Source: Chiloscyllium plagiosum
Taxonomy: Eukaryota
Assembly (NCBI RefSeq): GCF_004010195.1
Contig: NC_057719.1
Location: 61,542,379-61,564,440, forward strand
DNA length: 22,062 nucleotides
Reading direction: 5' to 3'
Position 1 is the stretch's first letter, and the number at the start of each line of letters is the position of its first letter. Of this stretch, positions 20,401-22,062 are shown in pieces. Under the pieces are notes generated by a model. The model was not told where the DNA came from. It saw nothing but the letters and a program-made list of their open reading frames with translations, and ran no database searches. The position numbers were made by a program, and so were the translations under genes.

Positions 20401-20850
20401 TGATACAATCCCTGAACAGAGTTTGCAGCCGGCCACAGGAACTGCTGAGTGGCTGGGTGGTTTGATTGAAGTCTGCCTCAGTTCTCTGGGATATGGCTCC
20501 AGTTGTTTTGTTAAATATTAATGCCTCTAATCCTCATCTCACAAACACCTCATTCACTACTTGTGCTCAATGTCCTATCATACAAGGCTAATCCTCCATC
20601 AATCCCAATAGTCATTTATAACTGGTTATATTAATTTAGTTCTAGCTCACACCAACCCATGATCTCCCCTTCATCCCCATGTTTCAAATAGCTCCTCTAC
20701 CAACTTAGCCAACTGATGACAACCATACCTCCCATTCGTTACTCTTTGCACTTTCACCCTCTCTGCCAAATTACACAGTAGCCGTCGTAGAAGAATATCA
20801 GGTGCCATGCTGAGATGAAGTAAAATCATCTCAAGAACAAGTATACCGTT

Positions 20851-21465
20851 TTGGATACTTGTGGGGGGGATGACTTACCAGGGGTAAGTAACGGGGCTCA
20901 GGTCTCTGGCACGGAGCCTGTCCCCGTTACTCAGAAGGGAAGGGTGAAGAAGAGCAGAGCAGTAGTAATTGGGGACTCGATAGTTAGGGGCACAGATAGG
21001 CGGTTTTGTGGGAACGAGAGAGACTCACGTTTGGTATGTTGCCTCCCAGGTGCAAGGGTACGTGATGTCTCTGATCGTGTTTTCCGGGTCCTGGAGGGGG
21101 AGGGGGAGCAACCCGAAGTCGTGGTCCACATGGGCACCAACGACATAGGTAGGAGGAGTGCCGAGGATGTTAGACAGGCTTTCAGGAAGCTAGGTTGGAA
21201 GCTCAGAGTTAGAACGAACAGAGTTGTTGTCTCTGGTTTGTTACCCGTGCCACGTGACAGAGATTCGAGGAATAGGGAAAGAGAACACTTAAATGCGTGG
21301 CTACAGGGATGGTGCAGGAGGGAGGGATTCCAGTTTTTGGATAACTGGGGTTCTCTCTGGGGACGGTGGGACCTCTATAAACAGGATGGTCTACACCTGA
21401 AACTGAGGGGCACCAGTATCCTTGGGGGGAGGTTTGCTAGTGCTCTTGGCGGGGGTTTAAACTAA
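20851..21465 (+). CDS. CR1 ORF1 C-terminal part, SGNH/GDSL esterase domain (5'-truncated)
   Basis: VVIGDSIVR (block I), CCLPGA (block II), VHMGTND (block III), DGLHL (block V); 204 open codons. Confidence 0.9.
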   Translation: MDTCGGDDLPGVSNGAQVSGTEPVPVTQKGRVKKSRAVVIGDSIVRGTDRRFCGNERDSRLVCCLPGARVRDVSDRVFRVLEGEGEQPEVVVHMGTNDIGRRSAEDVRQAFRKLGWKLRVRTNRVVVSGLLPVPRDRDSRNREREHLNAWLQGWCRREGFQFLDNWGSLWGRWDLYKQDGLHLKLRGTSILGGRFASALGGGLN

Positions 21466-21535
21466 CTCTGCAGGGGCATGGGAACCCAGATTGTAGCTGC
21501 AGGGTGCAGGGCCTGGAGTGTAGGAGGTTAGGAAC

Positions 21536-22062
21536 ATGGCATCAATTCCCAAGGAGGGTGTCTGTAAACAGGAAAGTGGCTTGAAGTGTGTATACTTCAA
21601 TGCAAGAAGTATACGAAATAAGGTAGGTGAACTTGCAGCGTGGGTTGGTACCTGGGACTTCGATGTTGTGGCTATTACGGAGACATGGCTAGAACAGGGA
21701 CAGGATTGGCTGGTGCAGGTTCCAGGATTTAAATGTTTGAGTAGGGGCAGAGGGGGGGGTAAAAGAGGGGGAGGTGTGGCATTGCTTGTCAAAGATAATA
21801 TTACAGTGGTGGAAAGGACGATGGATGAGGACTTGCCATCTGAGGTAGTTTGGGCTGAGGTTAGGAATAGGAAAGGTGAGCTCACCCTGTTAGGAGTTTT
21901 TTACAGGCCTCCTAATAGTCCTAGAAACGTAGAAGAAAGGATTGCGAGGATGATGCAAGAGAAGAGAGAAAGTAATAGGGTGGTTGTTATGGGGGACTTT
22001 AACTTTCCTGATATTAATTGGGAAAGCTATAGCTCAAGTTCGTTAGATAGGTCAGTGTTTGT
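21536..22062 (+). CDS. CR1 ORF2 N-terminus, APE-type endonuclease (partial, runs off window)
   Basis: Hand translation: LKCVYFNARSIRNK, DVVAITETW, GGGVALLVK, GVFYRPP, VVMGDFNFPDINW; no stop to the window end. Confidence 0.93.
   Translation, partial: MASIPKEGVCKQESGLKCVYFNARSIRNKVGELAAWVGTWDFDVVAITETWLEQGQDWLVQVPGFKCLSRGRGGGKRGGGVALLVKDNITVVERTMDEDLPSEVVWAEVRNRKGELTLLGVFYRPPNSPRNVEERIARMMQEKRESNRVVVMGDFNFPDINWESYSSSSLDRSVF

Larger units (their letters stand above)
20830..22062 (+). mobile_element. Young 5'-truncated CR1 LINE, continuing past the window end
   Basis: Abrupt shift to GC-rich sequence at about 20830; ORF1 esterase part followed by ORF2 endonuclease, both uninterrupted. Confidence 0.95.

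Noticed and set aside
20931..21885. Minus-strand ORFs 20931-21146 and 21457-21885
   Set aside because: Antisense shadows of CR1 ORF1 and ORF2.

Overview
Eukaryotic, repeat-rich vertebrate DNA. The repeat families look like those of cartilaginous fishes (probably a shark; inference from repeat content). There is no intact host gene. Three layers are visible. (1) About 10 short Penelope-like (PLE) retroelement insertions from at least four sequence families. Many have 9-15 bp target-site duplications (TSDs) and inverted arms, and almost all carry a minimal type I hammerhead ribozyme (HHR) motif: CUGANGA-N-stemII-GAAA-palindromic stem III-cleavage triplet-3 bp stem I. There are about 17 copies; only 15486-15525 has a fully intact core. 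(2) A heavily decayed minus-strand gene relic (about 20400 down to 3260) whose stop-riddled translations match human RGS22 motifs, recalled from memory, in collinear order. (3) Ordinary TEs: a young 5'-truncated CR1 LINE (SGNH-esterase ORF1 plus APE endonuclease start of ORF2) running off the right edge, older CR1 fragments, a tRNA-derived SINE and probable solo LTRs. No database search was possible, so family and gene assignments are by eye.
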